The position numbers and the translations under genes were made by a program. A stretch of DNA of 64,000 bases from Selaginella moellendorffii (taxonomy: Eukaryota > Plantae > Lycopodiophyta): positions 2,132,493-2,196,492 of the forward strand of contig NW_003314281.1 in assembly GCF_000143415.4 (NCBI RefSeq), written 5' to 3'. Positions 12,427 to 25,819 of the stretch are shown piece by piece; position 1 is the first letter of the stretch; each line of letters opens with the position of its first letter. Under the pieces are notes generated by a model, which saw only the letters and a program-made list of their open reading frames with translations, did no database searches and was not told where the DNA came from.

Positions 12427-14302
12427 CAATTCAGTAGCTTGATAAACATGCAAATACAAAACTTGATGCAAAATCCTTTGCTATGTCAGGACCATAAACA
12501 CACTTCAAAAGAGAGGGTCCTTTCATTTCATAACTCCTTACGTAGATCTTGGTGAAACCAGAGTTAGTGAAGTTAGTTTCTTGTGATGCCGCATCTGATT
12601 GTGATGTCCCTTTGTAGTGTCAATGGAAAGGTCAATGCACACTAAACTGTAAAATCTTGGAGCAAAATAACGGTCGGATCTATGGCAAATGCCCCTGAAA
12701 CATTGTAAGGCTCGTGTGGTCTCATGTGGTGTCCGATCGAGATGCTTTTTTGCAGGGTCATCAAGAAAGACATTGTATACCATTCTATAAAATCTAGTTG
12801 CGATCTAACGGTTGGATCTCCAGAAAACTCAAAAAAATCTCACACGTGTCAGAATATTCTAGGAATATACTCCTATGCGCCCTTAAAAATGGCATGCGGC
12901 CCCACGCCATTCAAGAGATAACGCCAGATGACGCCGAGCATTTTGTGGTGCATTTTTTGGGATCAAAATTGCATGAGCCCACACGCTTGAACGTCACATC
13001 AAATCCTTTGACAAACCAGATCTTATTATTCCTCTGACAAATTTCAAACTGAGTAGCTTCTAGACTTTGCTGTCGGAGGTTGAACTTTGTCACATCATGT
13101 CCTTGCCTCGATCCAGCTGTGCCATGTCAGTGATTCGAACTTTGCCATGCCATGTCAGCGATCCGCGCCAAGATTATTCGCCGTGTAACTGCTCGGCATC
13201 TGCCTCTTACAGCATTTGCCCAGAAAGGGCATCTTTCTTCACGCAGCATTTGCCACATGTTTAGGGTTTAGGGTTTAGCAATTCAATAGCTTGATAAACA
13301 TGCAAATACAGAACTTGATGCAAAATCGTTTGATATGTCAGGACCATAAACACATTTCAATAGAGAGGGTCCTTTCATTTCATAACTCCTTACGTAGATC
13401 TTGGTGAAACCAGAGTTAGTGAAGTTGGTTTCTTGTGATCCTGCATCTGTGATGTCCCTTTGCAGTGTCGATGGAAAGGTCAATGCACACCAAACTGTAG
13501 AATCTTGGAGCAAAATAACGGTCGGATCTATGGCAAATGCCCCTGAAACATTGTAAGGCTCGTATGGTCTCATGTGGTGTCCAATCGAGATGCTTCTTTG
13601 CAGGGTCATCAAGAAGGACATTGTATACCATTCTTTATTTAGCTGAACATCTGGCATTTTTGGAAATACAAGATGCTTTGGAATATCCAATCATGCATGG
13701 TATAAATATAGCGAGGGTATTAAATGATATCCCAATCATGATCTTTCCTTTGGATTTCGCGTGCATGCAGTCCGAGGAATGATGAGGTTGCGGATTTCTT
13801 TTGGATTTCACGTGCATGCATGCGCGCGGCGATCCAGAAATTAATGGTGGCGCCCAAGTCCGAGGAATGATGACGTGGCGGGATTACCAACCGTCGTGAC
13901 ATTTCGCGCGTGTGAGGTTAGGTTTTGCATCGTACTCGCGCTCGCACACTCGCGCTCGCATCGCACTCCCACTCGCGATCACGCTCACATTTGCGCTCAT
14001 CTACCTTCTCTACAGGTTTCTCATGTGCATCGGCATCCACTCGCGCTTGCATCACACTCGCGCTTGCATCGCGCTCGTGTGCATCGGCATCCACTTCAAG
14101 ACACACCCAGTTTGTAACTTCGCCGCCAACTCCGGCGCCCACTCCGCCACCCACACGCAGCCCACTTGGCGTCCCGGGAGATTTCAGCGCCACTCTCCAA
14201 CTGTAAGAGGCAGAGTAGCGTTGCTGCTACGATCCGCTGCACACACAGTGCACATTCACCAGCGAGTCCGGCCTCGATTGTCATGCCTCCATTCGGCTTT
14301 AA

Positions 14303-17300
14303 ATGGTAAGTCTTTTAGGCCAAGTAGAAAATGGCATGAGGCCACATGCCATTCAGTAGCAACATTGGCATGCACTGATTGGGCTCTCGAGTGCAGTCCG
14401 GTTACAGATGGCATGTAGCCTCACGCCATCTTAGGATGCAGCCTCAAGACATCTGATGCAGTGGTGAATGGCGTGTGGCCTCACGTTATTTCCAGCTGCT
14501 TGCTTTTCATCTGTCAGCTCTAATTGTTGTGCATTTCTGAACAGGCGAGGAATTGCGTTCTTCTTCCAGCCACTGTCAACGTGGATGCAGAGAAGGGGGA
14601 GGAGCTCACCAGTTGGACTTTCAGGATGGAAGGCGAGGATCTGAGGCTGTACAACACAGATGGTGGGAGAAAAGAATGCATGGGGATCCTCATCCAAGTG
14701 ACAGACACTCCATGCAGTTCCATGCAAGAATATGGACTGGCACTTGTGGTAGAGACAGCGTCCGCCTTCAAGATCCACCTTGCACATCCTAGCGGCTTCC
14801 CGGAGGGGGGCAGCGGTTATGAGGAATTCCTAGAGGGAGCTAGGGAGAGGTTGTCCAGGAGGCCCACAATTTCAAAGACGCTGCGGGTCTATGAAGATCA
14901 CATGGAATCCACGGACCTCACCTACGGCGATGTTCAAAAACTATATTCCAACATTGAGCCGTTAAGAGTGCCTCCAGTTCGCGAAGCGAAGGGGAAGGGG
15001 GTCGATCTGGAAACTACCCCGAAGCAGAAAAGGGTGGTCAAGCTCAAGCCGACGTTCGACTCTCCTGCTCCAAAAAAGAAGCTACTCGGTGATGCCATTG
15101 CCTCGGGTTCGAACACTACACCCACCAAAAAGAAGAGCCGCAAAGAGCAGAAAGAGCAAGAAGAGGCAACAAAAATCGTCGCAGATAATAGTACTTGTTA
15201 CTATTCCAACAAAGTATATACAATCGACGTGAGCCGTATCGACATCCAAAGCAAATACAACCACAGGCTAGTATCTGATGAGTGGGTGGAGAAACTGAAG
15301 CAGAAGATGCTGGCAAGTCCAGTAACACCCGACATCGCAGACGTGATCCCCTACTACCGAACAATGAAGGGCGAGACAAGGTTTCCAGACTTGATCAATA
15401 GGAAGGTGTTGGACGATCAGAACATCCGGTTCTATGCCGTCTCCGGGCAGCATTCTAGCTTGGCAATGCAAGAGATAGTTGTGGATATTATGGTGGGCGA
15501 GGAGGTGAAGAAAGTCTTCAAGACAAGAGTTGTCCGCCTGATAAAAGGCAATTCGCCCCTCCGATCTATCATATACATCTCCCACGCGCAGAATGTCAAG
15601 CAAGAAACGTGCTACAAATCGGGTCTGCACGAGACATTGGCACGAACACGGAAGCTCTGGGTTCAACTGAAGAAGCCACAAAAACCAGGACAAGGACGTG
15701 CACTAGCAACTAGCACCTGGCAGGTAAGCCTTGTTGCATGTGGCATAGCATGTGGCCTCATGCCATTTCCATTGCAGAAATTCTCGAGTCTTCTCTCGAA
15801 AACACTGGGGGTCAATGACACACTCAGCATCCATAACATTCTACTCGCGACAAAAGTTGTTTTTGACAAATGGGTAGATGTGCTGAGGAGGTACTATGAC
15901 GGGGAGTTGCTAAACTCAATGGGTGTGGAGGACGGCCGGAAGCCCAATGATTTGAAGCTCAACGCCTTGCGTTTCTCGCGGTCTCTAGACGACGACGACC
16001 TTCTGACAGTGGCTAATGCTCTTCTACATGGTGAGGTAGTCTTCAACAAGACCAAAATGACTCCCGGCCATATTGTGACATACGAGGACTTGTGCACGAC
16101 TCTGAGAGCTCTTGCGCTATTGAAGGATTGGATCTTCGAGCAAGTGGCCGTGGAGAGGGTGAGCATCGACACCACACAAGAGATGATGGAAGAGCTGGAG
16201 TTGTCAAATGAAGACATCGACGAGTACGTGAAGGGGGCCCCCAAGTTCATCGATCTGCTACGGGATGCCACGGAAAGTAAAGCTGAGAAGTTGGATCAGT
16301 ATCCAAATTTCATTAAGAGGGATGTCGACCGCCGGCTTCAGAAACAGCTCTCAGCAGAGGCCTATCGAGAACCTTACTGGGTATACGTGAATTCGGATGA
16401 GGATCAAAGGTGGAGGAGCATCGTTTCCTGCGGAGATGAGCAGGTCAAGAATATTTTTTGTGTGATGGACTTCACAAACGAGGAGATCACTCATGCAGAT
16501 GAAGTCAGCTCCATCATTGACTTAATGGTGGGACTTGCGGAGGTGGAATCTTCAGTCCACTATATAATCTACGACTCCGAATCCTATCACAAGTTCTAGA
16601 AGGCTTTGAACGAGGTGAAGGCTCGGTTGAAAGGCAAAGAGATGCAGGAGATCCATGGGATAATGGCTAAGAAGAAGATACCGACGAATGTCCGCATCTT
16701 CACACTCGCCCTTGTTATTGGTCCTGCAGTAGAGTGGGACTGGAGTGACTTCCCAGCTTCGTTCGACAAGGCCGATCGAATTGATCTAAGGGAGGTCAAT
16801 TTACCCGTGCCTGAGGAACTGAAGACGGCTATGGAGCTTTCGAATCCAGAGAAAGCTCCAGGTGCAGCATGGGAAATGCTCAGCTGGGTCTTCAACGCAA
16901 TAGCGGGTGGGTCACCTGCTTCCGACTCCAAGGGCAAATGCATTGTCGAGTACAACTGCGGCGGACTATTCTTTCGAGCCGCACTACTCAAGGGTGTCCG
17001 GTGTGTTGCGGTGACAAACTCCATTGAAGAGGTGACTTCAATGGAGCATATAATTACAGTTGCCAAAGAAAAACAGTATCTTCTCTGCGAACCTGGTGAG
17101 TACGCACTTTAAGTTTAAATGTTATCTCATAAGCTCTGTATGCAGGAGCGTGGCCACCCCCAGATGCTGAAACGGCGTTAACAGCTACTGTTGAAGATAC
17201 CCATGTTGGGCCGAGCTCACAACCTGCACAAGGTAAGGTCACGTGAGGCCTCATGCCATTTTGATTATAGATCGTTGTGAATATTCAGACACGAGGACTG

Positions 17301-19926
17301 AAAAGCACACTGGTGGCGCGTCGAAGAAGGACGAAAAGACAAGCAATAGGAAAAAAGGAGGTACAAATTATATTTGTAATGGCGTGTGGTCTCATGCCAT
17401 TCCTTGCAGGAGACACTTCTTCAAAGGCAAAACAAGCAAGCACCAGCCAAGCTCAAACTGACAATGGTCATAAAAAGCGAAAGCACGTTGGACAATCGTC
17501 GGGATCAAAGGCGTTTGATTCGAAAAGGAAGAAGGGCAACGAAAAGATGATAGGTAATGCCTCGCGGTTATGGCGTGTGTGCTCATGCCATTCATTGCAG
17601 ATCAAGGGCTGAGTGAAAGCAGCCAGTCACCACCTCCTGACTCAGATTCCTATGGCGGACTCCCCTTCCCCAATCTCAATGGAGAGGTACAATGGATGAG
17701 GGATGCTTTTCAAGTCAGGGCCACGTTTTTCTCATCTCGTCGTCTTCGAAGGGTGCAAGAACGTGCAGAAACCATGTTAAGACAGTCGGGTGAGGATTTG
17801 GTCCTAGGTCACGCACTACAACAGGCTATGGATGTCTTGTATGTTGAGATGGAGACTCGGCCAGATGATTTTCCCAAGATGGTCCTGGAAGAACAAGCCA
17901 TCCAGCCTGAGCAGCCTATGGAAGAAATGCAGGAGGGGGATGAGGAGCCAGAGAAAGATAATGAGCAGGAAGAGCAGAAGGACGAAGAGGAGGACAAAGA
18001 AGAGGAGGACGAAGAAGAGGAGGACGAAGAGGACTTGGATGGTCCTCACAATGGTGACGATCACAATAACGACGACGATGATGATGACGGCGATGGCCAG
18101 CCTGAGGTGGCCAAAGAGCAGCAGAGGAAGGTCATACAAGACAAACCATTAGGTAAATAATAGTACATCCATTCCTAACCTTTTACCATTTCTAACATTG
18201 TCCATGTAGGTCGCAAAGCAAATGGTAAGTAGAGATTATTCAGTTGAATTAAGATACAAACTCTAGCCTTTAGTGTCGAGGAAGGATAGTGCCAAGCAAG
18301 GGTCGAAACGTATGTCCAATCCTTCAGAATCAACAGTGCGCCCAAGTGATATCGGTCCTAGTTCCTCAATAGCAATTGATGGTAAATACAGTATAGTCGA
18401 TTCAATGTGCTAATGAGTTTGTTTTTAGTAGCCAGTAGGGAGGATACCATCTCAATCGAAGGGAGATATTTGGACATGCATATGGATCCGCCAGTGGACT
18501 CTACTTGCCTACAAGAGTCATCAGAGCTGGTGGAGGCTACTATCCATATCAACGCCAAGCAAGCTGACCACACTCCACTTGATGCTGCCCATACCACTGA
18601 GTCAATCTTGTCCACGTATCCAACTGACAGTGACCAGGCGCCATTGGACCCGCATGAGGCCACCCCAGCCGCCGAGCCAGTCATATCCTCATTTCCAACG
18701 GACTCAACATGTGCCCAATCGTCTGACTACGCGCCGTTGGAACCTCCCTACACCGCCCCTGCTGCCTGTTCGGTCATGTCCACTTTGCCAACGGAGGCAC
18801 CAGCTGAAATTGCGTGTGATCACACGCCATCGGAACCACCCCATGCCACTGTTGAGCCAGTTGTACCAGAGTCTACAGCTAAAATGGCATGTGCCCACAC
18901 GCCATCGGATGCGATTGACCCCACATTGCAGAGGAGAGTATTTCCGCCCTTCACGTTTCCTCGACCAAAACCCTCTCAACGACCATCGGGAGCACCATTC
19001 GCTAATATTGTAGATGGTAAAATTGACTTGTACCATTTTTTATGCTGACGCATTTCATTTCAGAGTCACGGCGAAGGTACTGTATCGTTTTTGATCTGAA
19101 CGGTGTCCTTTTCTCCCATGAGCGTGGCTCGTCCTCAAATGTCACTACACCCTCCAAAGCCTGCGGTCGCAAGTTGGTCAAAAGAGACAGATTCACATTA
19201 ATCACACGGGAGAAACTGCAGGATCTAATAATGACCATGCGACACTTAAAACAGAGGGCTGGGTTCAATTTGCAATTGGGAGTTTGGACATCCATGATGC
19301 GCCACAATGCGTTAACGTTGCTACAGATGATGCACGATCAGACGCGAGTAATATTACCATTTGACTTTCTCCTAACGCAGGAGGATTGCTTGACTATGGT
19401 CCATGTGAGGGGTAGCAAGCCCATCTTCGTCAAGCCAGAGGCTGTAGTGATGAACCGGACTGCTCGGTCAAGTGAAATCCTCATCATCGATGACTCGCCG
19501 ATTAAAACTGCAGCGAACACGCACACATATGCAGTGCACCCCATCTCTTGCAGTATGGAAACTAGGGAGAAGAAACTGTATGTTCTGGGGGACCTTGCAA
19601 AACGGCTTGGAGCGATGGTGATAGAGAACCGGCCAGTCTAGGAGGTGGCTGCAGAAATCAACCAAATGGCAGATGGAATGGTATATCAGAAGCCATTTGA
19701 TTGGACAGACACCAGTCATCATTTATGGCATGTATATTGTCTAGCCAAGCACTATCCGCATCTCCATAATCTGCTCAACCGGATGGGTTCTTCGACCACT
19801 GAACATGAGCGTGGACGTATTAGAGAAGAGATGGCATTACTATTGGGTTTAAATCCTGATAGTGTGGAGAGTGATGAAATTCCAAGATTATTATATAGGC
19901 ATTGGAGGCAAAAAATAACAGTCTGA
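14303..19926 (+). pseudogene. Spliced cargo gene, copy 1 (ParB-like, MTase-like fold, acidic tract, FCP1/NIF phosphatase); two premature stops
   Basis: Predicted GT-AG introns 14306-14544, 15724-15777, 17096-17145, 17233-17288, 17361-17409, 17554-17600, 18153-18209, 18225-18273, 18382-18428, 19017-19063 keep the frame; TGG>TAG at 16597-16599 and CAG>TAG at 19639-19641 relative to copy 2. Confidence 0.8.
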
Positions 19927-20341
19927 GATGGCATGTATTTATTTAAAAATGTAACTTATTATGGCATAGGGTTCCATGCCATTGTATTAATATTAAAACA
20001 CAATTCGTTGAGAGGATTTGCATTATACTAGAAGTGTTACAGCATGTTATTGAAAGTCTACGAAGTTGTTTTATTAATAAGAGGAAAGTAAAGATTGAAT
20101 GGGGACTTGGGCTCCACCTAGACTCGGAGCAACTGAGCCAATATTAAAAGGATGGAAAGAAATTGGACGACGATGACAAGGAGAAGAGAGAGGTGAAGCA
20201 GTGGCAGGGGGAGAAGTGATTGAGTAGACATTTCCTTGTTTAAAATAAAATGGCATGTGCCTCAATGCAGTTGAATTTTGTTATATTTATATACTATATA
20301 AAGGTTTGGAAACCTTATTTTACAAGTGGGATAATGACAAT

Positions 20342-20365
20342 TCCCACTTTAACAAAATAGAGCTT
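20342..20365 (-). repeat. Right TIR of transposon copy 1
   Basis: tcccactttaacaaaatagagctt followed by TSD gtag. Confidence 0.9.
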
Positions 20366-20509
20366 GTAGTTAGTGATGTCAACCTAGTTAGCTTCTCCTC
20401 CACTCCCAAAAACTTTTTGGATGAACACATTGGTTGCAACAATAAGGGTGATGACTTCGTTAAGGGACAATGACTATGACTTGGAGAGCTCTTTTGTAAG
20501 AGTCCAACA

Positions 20510-20589
20510 ATAGTCTAGCTAGCCTTCTCTAACATTCGGAAGTTGGGGTACACCAACTTCCAAATGTTAGAGAAGGCTAGCTGGACTAT
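20510..20589. repeat. ~80-bp near-perfect palindrome
   Basis: atagtctagctagccttctctaacattcggaagttgg-ggtaca-ccaacttccaaatgttagagaaggctagctggactat. Confidence 0.85.
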
Positions 20590-21694
20590 AGGATTATATG
20601 GTTAAGGATGACTCTATTTAGTTGAGGCTACCACAATTGTCAGCTGTCAAGGAGTTAGTATGAAAACAATCTACAACAAGTTTTGATATGTTGTGGAGTT
20701 TGTAGAGATGGATTATGGCTTTTGACCTTTATTGGATAGTCATGTGGATGTAGTGACTTCCTTAGATGCTTCCTATGTTGTGATGCATCAGTAAACTCAT
20801 GAGAAAGAAATGCTTGATCAATTGGTCCCAACACAAATGAAAGTGGCATATAAAGAATAGATTCCTCACATTGCTATTCCTTTTGAGACAACTCTAGAGC
20901 TTGAGCAACAGCCTCTCTCAATGACTCCAGGTGCTGAAGATCCACACATTCTATGGACAAGGTTGTCTCATGCTTTATAGCAACACTAATCGTACTCACT
21001 CATTAAGGATTTAAGTTTGATGTGACTAAGCCTCAATCTTCTTCAGCTTCTTTAGTTCTCTCTATAGGTGTTGAATTATTTTGAGTGTCACCAACAAGTT
21101 TCTTCTTTTCTAGCATATTTGATAAAAACTCTAGTGCACAGATGTAAACATTGTTAACAAGATTGTAGTGCATGTGATCATGGGATGAGATTTGGATACT
21201 ATGGATTCTTAGAACCTTGGGGGTTAAATGGGGATAAAATAGATACTAAGGGCTCTTTTATCAAGCAATTGCTCCTCTTTTAGTTAGCTTAATATGAGAG
21301 AAATAGAGTGCACTACATGTGGTATTGGAGCAAATAGCATAGGTTCAATTCCCATTAATTAGTGACTACTTAAAATATAATACCCTTGAGTAAAGTATAT
21401 TCCTACCTTTAAAATTGAAATTGTACATATTAGGCCTTCATGAGTATGTCTTTCATCTTGTAAAGCATTCACAGATATATCTACCGTGGGATTAGATACC
21501 TCATATAAAATAACTTAGTGAATTCAATGTAAAAATGGAAGTGTTGGTTACCCTTTGCTAAGTAGGGGCTTTTTTTGTCAATAATTAATTAAAACATTGA
21601 CATTTCTAAAGCAAAGGTGAATATAGTGCATGTGATTATGGAATGAGATTTGAATATACTATCACCATGGATCTTTGGAACCTTGGGGGATAAA

Positions 21695-23760
21695 TGTAGC
21701 GCATTTGGTTTTCACTCTTTATTCTAAAGTGATTTACCATAGGATAACCACAAAGCAAAACATAAACCCTCTATTTGCCACATGACACATGCCACGTGCC
21801 ACATGCCATGTGTTTAATAATAGTGGAGCAAAATCCAAGTTTCAAAGCCTTAGGCCACTGATGAAAGAACAGAGCTAAACTCTTAAGTATGAAGCCAAGG
21901 AGTGAAAGGAGTAGAGCACAGAACAACTCCCAAGTGTACAACTCAAGCATGCAAAACAAAGCTAAATAAAGTTTGGTATAATTTCAATATACTAGTGGCC
22001 TAATGCAAAGATATGAGTACTCTAATAAGTAGTATGGTATGGAACTTGGGCTTAAACCCAAGTCAGATGCAAAACAATGATAGGTATATAAATGGGCCTT
22101 AGGTTAGTTGGCCATGTATGATATACCTACAATCTCTACATTCCAATCTCTACATTTTATAGATATGCCAAACTACCAAATTTAAACACTTTCCATAAAT
22201 AGCTAATAGAACCGAGAGACTAACATATGAGGCACGATAGTGATGGTGCTTAGGAGACACAATAAACTATTATCTGGCAATATTAAAGGACTAATCTCAA
22301 TACGTAAAGGTTTTTGTAAAGCTAGTGGAAGATAGAGCAAAAGAGAACTAAAAGCCAAGCTGAATATGCTTAGCAAGAAATATATAGAAGGGACTGAAAA
22401 GGGAACCAACAATACTGACATCTTGCTGTCGTACAATAAGAAAGATAAATGAAAGGATTAACTAACAAGTAATTTTCGATACCCATAGTCACATTTGCGA
22501 CACTCTCTCCCCCTTAGGGAAGATCGACATCCTTGTCAATGCATACTTTAGTCTACACCACCACCAAGGAAACAACTCTAGAAAAAATTTATGATGTTCA
22601 CACTTTATGAGAAATGCACCAATTTAAATGAGTTAGGAAGCAATCTCTCTACCTAATGTAAATGCGCTATAACTCAAACACCTTCCGGTTGTTACTGCCA
22701 AAGAAATGACTAATAAAGTCAACCACCCTTGCTATTTTGGGTGTCACCCAGCTTACAAAAAATAATATACCCCTACCTATAGGAGATATAGAGAAAAATG
22801 TTAGAGGCTCTAACCCTAATGAAAAAAGAAACCAAACCTGTTAGCAAAGTTTAAATAGACCATTGTAAACAAGCAGTTAGAGTTATTTGACTTCGGGTAT
22901 CGAAAAATACTTGTTGGCCAGTCCTTACGGACACTCTTTTGTTACTGCCACAACAGTAGAAGGTCGGTACTGCTGGTTCCTTTTATAGTCTCCACCCAAG
23001 CTAGTTCAGAAACTGGTCATCACGCGTGCACTTGACCAGATGAGCATAAGGACGGAATTCCTATATGCTATTTGTCAAGCATACTTGACCTGGTTAGAGA
23101 AATTCATCCGTTGACTTGCACTTGCTAGTGTTGGGAACCCCCTCGATATTGAGTCTAGTCCCTCAATATCATTATATATCTGCCAAACACCTTGCTATCA
23201 TACCCTTTGTGTTAGTCTTATTGCAATCTTAAATGCTATTTATGGAAAGTGTTTAAATTCTATGGAATGTAGATGTCAGTGTTTACACAATGGTGTTTGT
23301 CCCGTGTCCAAATTTGCAATCTAGGGACATTCCATATTTGGTAAGTTTCAAGCTTGTCCCAGAGACTAAGTCCTGGTATTAAGGGAGGCTTGGGGTGAAA
23401 GCCCAAAGCATGTGTTCCTCAAGGGGGGGGGGGGGCGGGGGGCTGTGGGGGGTTTCAAATGTATAATAGGGATAGTGGTTGGAATGCATGTCTGACCACT
23501 TGAGACATTAGTTTGGCTTCTGCTGGGTTGTGTCGCTCCTTGTTCTGTGTCTGGTTTGGGTCCAAGCCCAAGCTCCACACTGCTCTAGTCTATGAGCTAC
23601 CCTCCTCCTTGCGTTAGGCCACCGGTATGCCAAAATTGTGCCAAACTCCGTCTGACACCATTTTGCATGTAAGTGTTGGATACGGGGAGCTGGTGCTCGT
23701 GGAATTGTACTGGACCCTCGTTTCGTAGTGCAACGGGCTTGGAGTTCGGCTCCAAATTCA
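21695..23760. mobile_element. Old decayed copies of the TGTAGCGCAC LTR family (direct ~21695-22885, inverted partial ~22890-23760)
   Basis: tgtagcgcat...gatttaccataggataa...gcagttagagttattt aligns by eye with 57798-59336; the next block matches its reverse complement. Confidence 0.7.
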
Positions 23761-24453
23761 TGTGCTCTACATTTATATAGTCACACCTTTTTAAATGGAA
23801 TAAGTTCCAAATAGAATTCCAAACAAAGATCTAAGGACCCAATGAGCTCTTCAGTATGATGCATATGTAAATCCCAACCACAAGTCTCCCAACACCAGGT
23901 TTTCAAGAAATCCTATTTATTGAAAACTTTTCTTAACCAAAAAAAGGTGGTATCTTGTTCTTAGCCCACAAGATACACTTGGATTTGTAGTTGTCTTCTG
24001 CCTCTGTAGTCTATGCCTTCAATTAATTACAACACTATTTGCTTATGAGGAAGATAATAGTGCATGTTTCACACAATTGTAAGCAATTAAAAGAAACAAC
24101 TTGAAAGACGAGTTATAGGGGTTTAAATTTAGAGAGAAAGGGCCCATAAACAAAAATGCACTCCCTTTTCAATTGGCTAAGGGTTTTATGATATTTGGGG
24201 TTAAGTGCCTATGGTATTAAGTTGGGTGACTTTTTGAGAAGTCTAGATTTAGGAGTTTAAATTTGTTATTAGAAAGGTTTTAAGTCCAACTCTATTGGTG
24301 GTTAGGGGAATCACACTACATGTTGAAATTGAGATCTAGTAGGTTCAATTTACCTTGTTTTGGGATATTTGGGGTTAAACGTCTTTGGGTTTAAGTAGTA
24401 CTGGGTTGGGTGACATCCTAGGAAGTCCAAATTCAAGAGCTTACATTTAGTAT

Positions 24454-25719
24454 TGTGAGACATAAATCTCTAAGCCCCAAAGTGGAGCAAAGAGGATGTT
24501 ATGTGGTAGTCGCTAAAGTGGGAGCCAAACGATTGTAACACGTTTGGACTAAATGTTACAACTCAAAAAATTGAGAGTGAGAGTGGAATTCCTAATAAAG
24601 TGCTTGAGAAACGAGCATGAAGCAATCAATAAGTGAGCCTCTAAAAAAGGGACACAAAAGGACTAACATATGGCACGTGGAAGTGTTGAGACCAAGTTTG
24701 AGATGGAGTTTGAGAAGGAGTTTGAGATGGAGCCCAAAGTCAAGTATGAGATGGAAATCAAGACCAGGTCCAAGATTGAGATTGAGATCGAGTCTGAGTC
24801 TAAGTCTAAAACGAGTGCCCAAGATAGGGCCCTGGAATCCATTGGAAGGAATCCAAGTGGCAAAGTTAGGCGAGGAACACTAATGTGTTGGACGCTAACG
24901 AATTGCGGAAAAGGAAGCATGTTTCCAAGGATGGATTCCGAAATGCTCCAATTTGGCAAAAGTGAAAGTTCCAAAGGAAGGAGCAGTAAGGTAGCCAAAT
25001 GATAGGGCCATAGATAGCCCTAGCACAAATTATGATAACTAGAACTTAGTGCCAAGGGTAGCACAAAATAGAAAAGAGGATGATGGTGCCTTTAATTAGA
25101 GAACTTTCTAGGATGGGGAAGTAGAGTTGCACAAAAAGTGCAAATGCAAGGTGTCAGAGACACCTAGGAAATTGACTTTGAGAAGTCAAAATTAAAAGTT
25201 CCAAAGTGCAAAAGTTATGTCAATGGGAACTGAGACTACTCGAGAATGAGTAGTGGGATTGAGATAGATAAGGTGTCTCTAACAAGTTTAGTGAGGACTA
25301 AATCAATAAAAGGGAGCAAACCACCCTAGGTGGTCGAATGAGTCTCTATTTTAGAAAGACTATGCTCCTTAGAGGATGGATAAGGCATCGTGAGCCTTCA
25401 ATGTCAAACCATAGACAAATATTGGATGAGTGCCAAGGATGGAAATGGTAACACATGTGGGTGTTACTTTACAAAATGGTTTACCGTTCGATGAGGACAT
25501 CAAACTTTGTCTATGGGTGGTGGAGTTGTGAGACACAAAACCCCTAGGCCCCAAAGTGGAGCTGAAAGGGTGCCATGTGGTAGTGGTTGAAGCGAAAGCC
25601 AAATGAGTGTAACACGTTTGGACTAAAAGCACTAACTTGAAAGGTCGAGAGCGGTGGAACTCCCAACGAAGGGCTCAAGGAACAAGTACGAAAAGAGCAA
25701 TAAATGAGTCTCTAGAAAA
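24454..25719 (-). mobile_element. Two decayed, inverted relatives of the 4490-6219 LTR (starting at 24454 and 25527)
   Basis: tgtgagacataaatctctaagccccaaagtggagc and tgtgagacacaaaacccctaggccccaaagtggagctg match the reverse complement of ~6183-6219; the second runs into the gap. Confidence 0.75.
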
Positions 25720-25819
25720 NNNNNNNNNNNNNNNNNNNNNNNNNNNNNNNNNNNNNNNNNNNNNNNNNNNNNNNNNNNNNNNNNNNNNNNNNNNNNNNNN
25801 NNNNNNNNNNNNNNNNNNN
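25720..25819. other. Assembly gap (100 N)
   Basis: Run of N; probably a placeholder length. Confidence 0.99.

Larger units (their letters stand above)
4486..20365. mobile_element. Large TIR DNA transposon, copy 1 (Sola-like transposase plus ParB/MTase-like/FCP1 cargo gene); ~14.1 kb once the nested solo LTR is removed
   Basis: TSD gtag at 4482-4485 and 20366-20369; left TIR begins atgc at 4486, is interrupted by the solo LTR and is intact again at 6221-6244; right TIR 20342-20365; colinear with 29800-43330. Confidence 0.92.

Noticed and set aside
11273-14418. Many short ORFs in the inter-gene region
   Set aside because: Derived from palindromes and GC-rich repeats; not kept in frame between copies; no domains.
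6763-20270. Dispersed palindromes read as CRISPR repeats or terminators
   Set aside because: Irregular spacing from tens of bp to kb, located in introns and CDS, no U-tracts.
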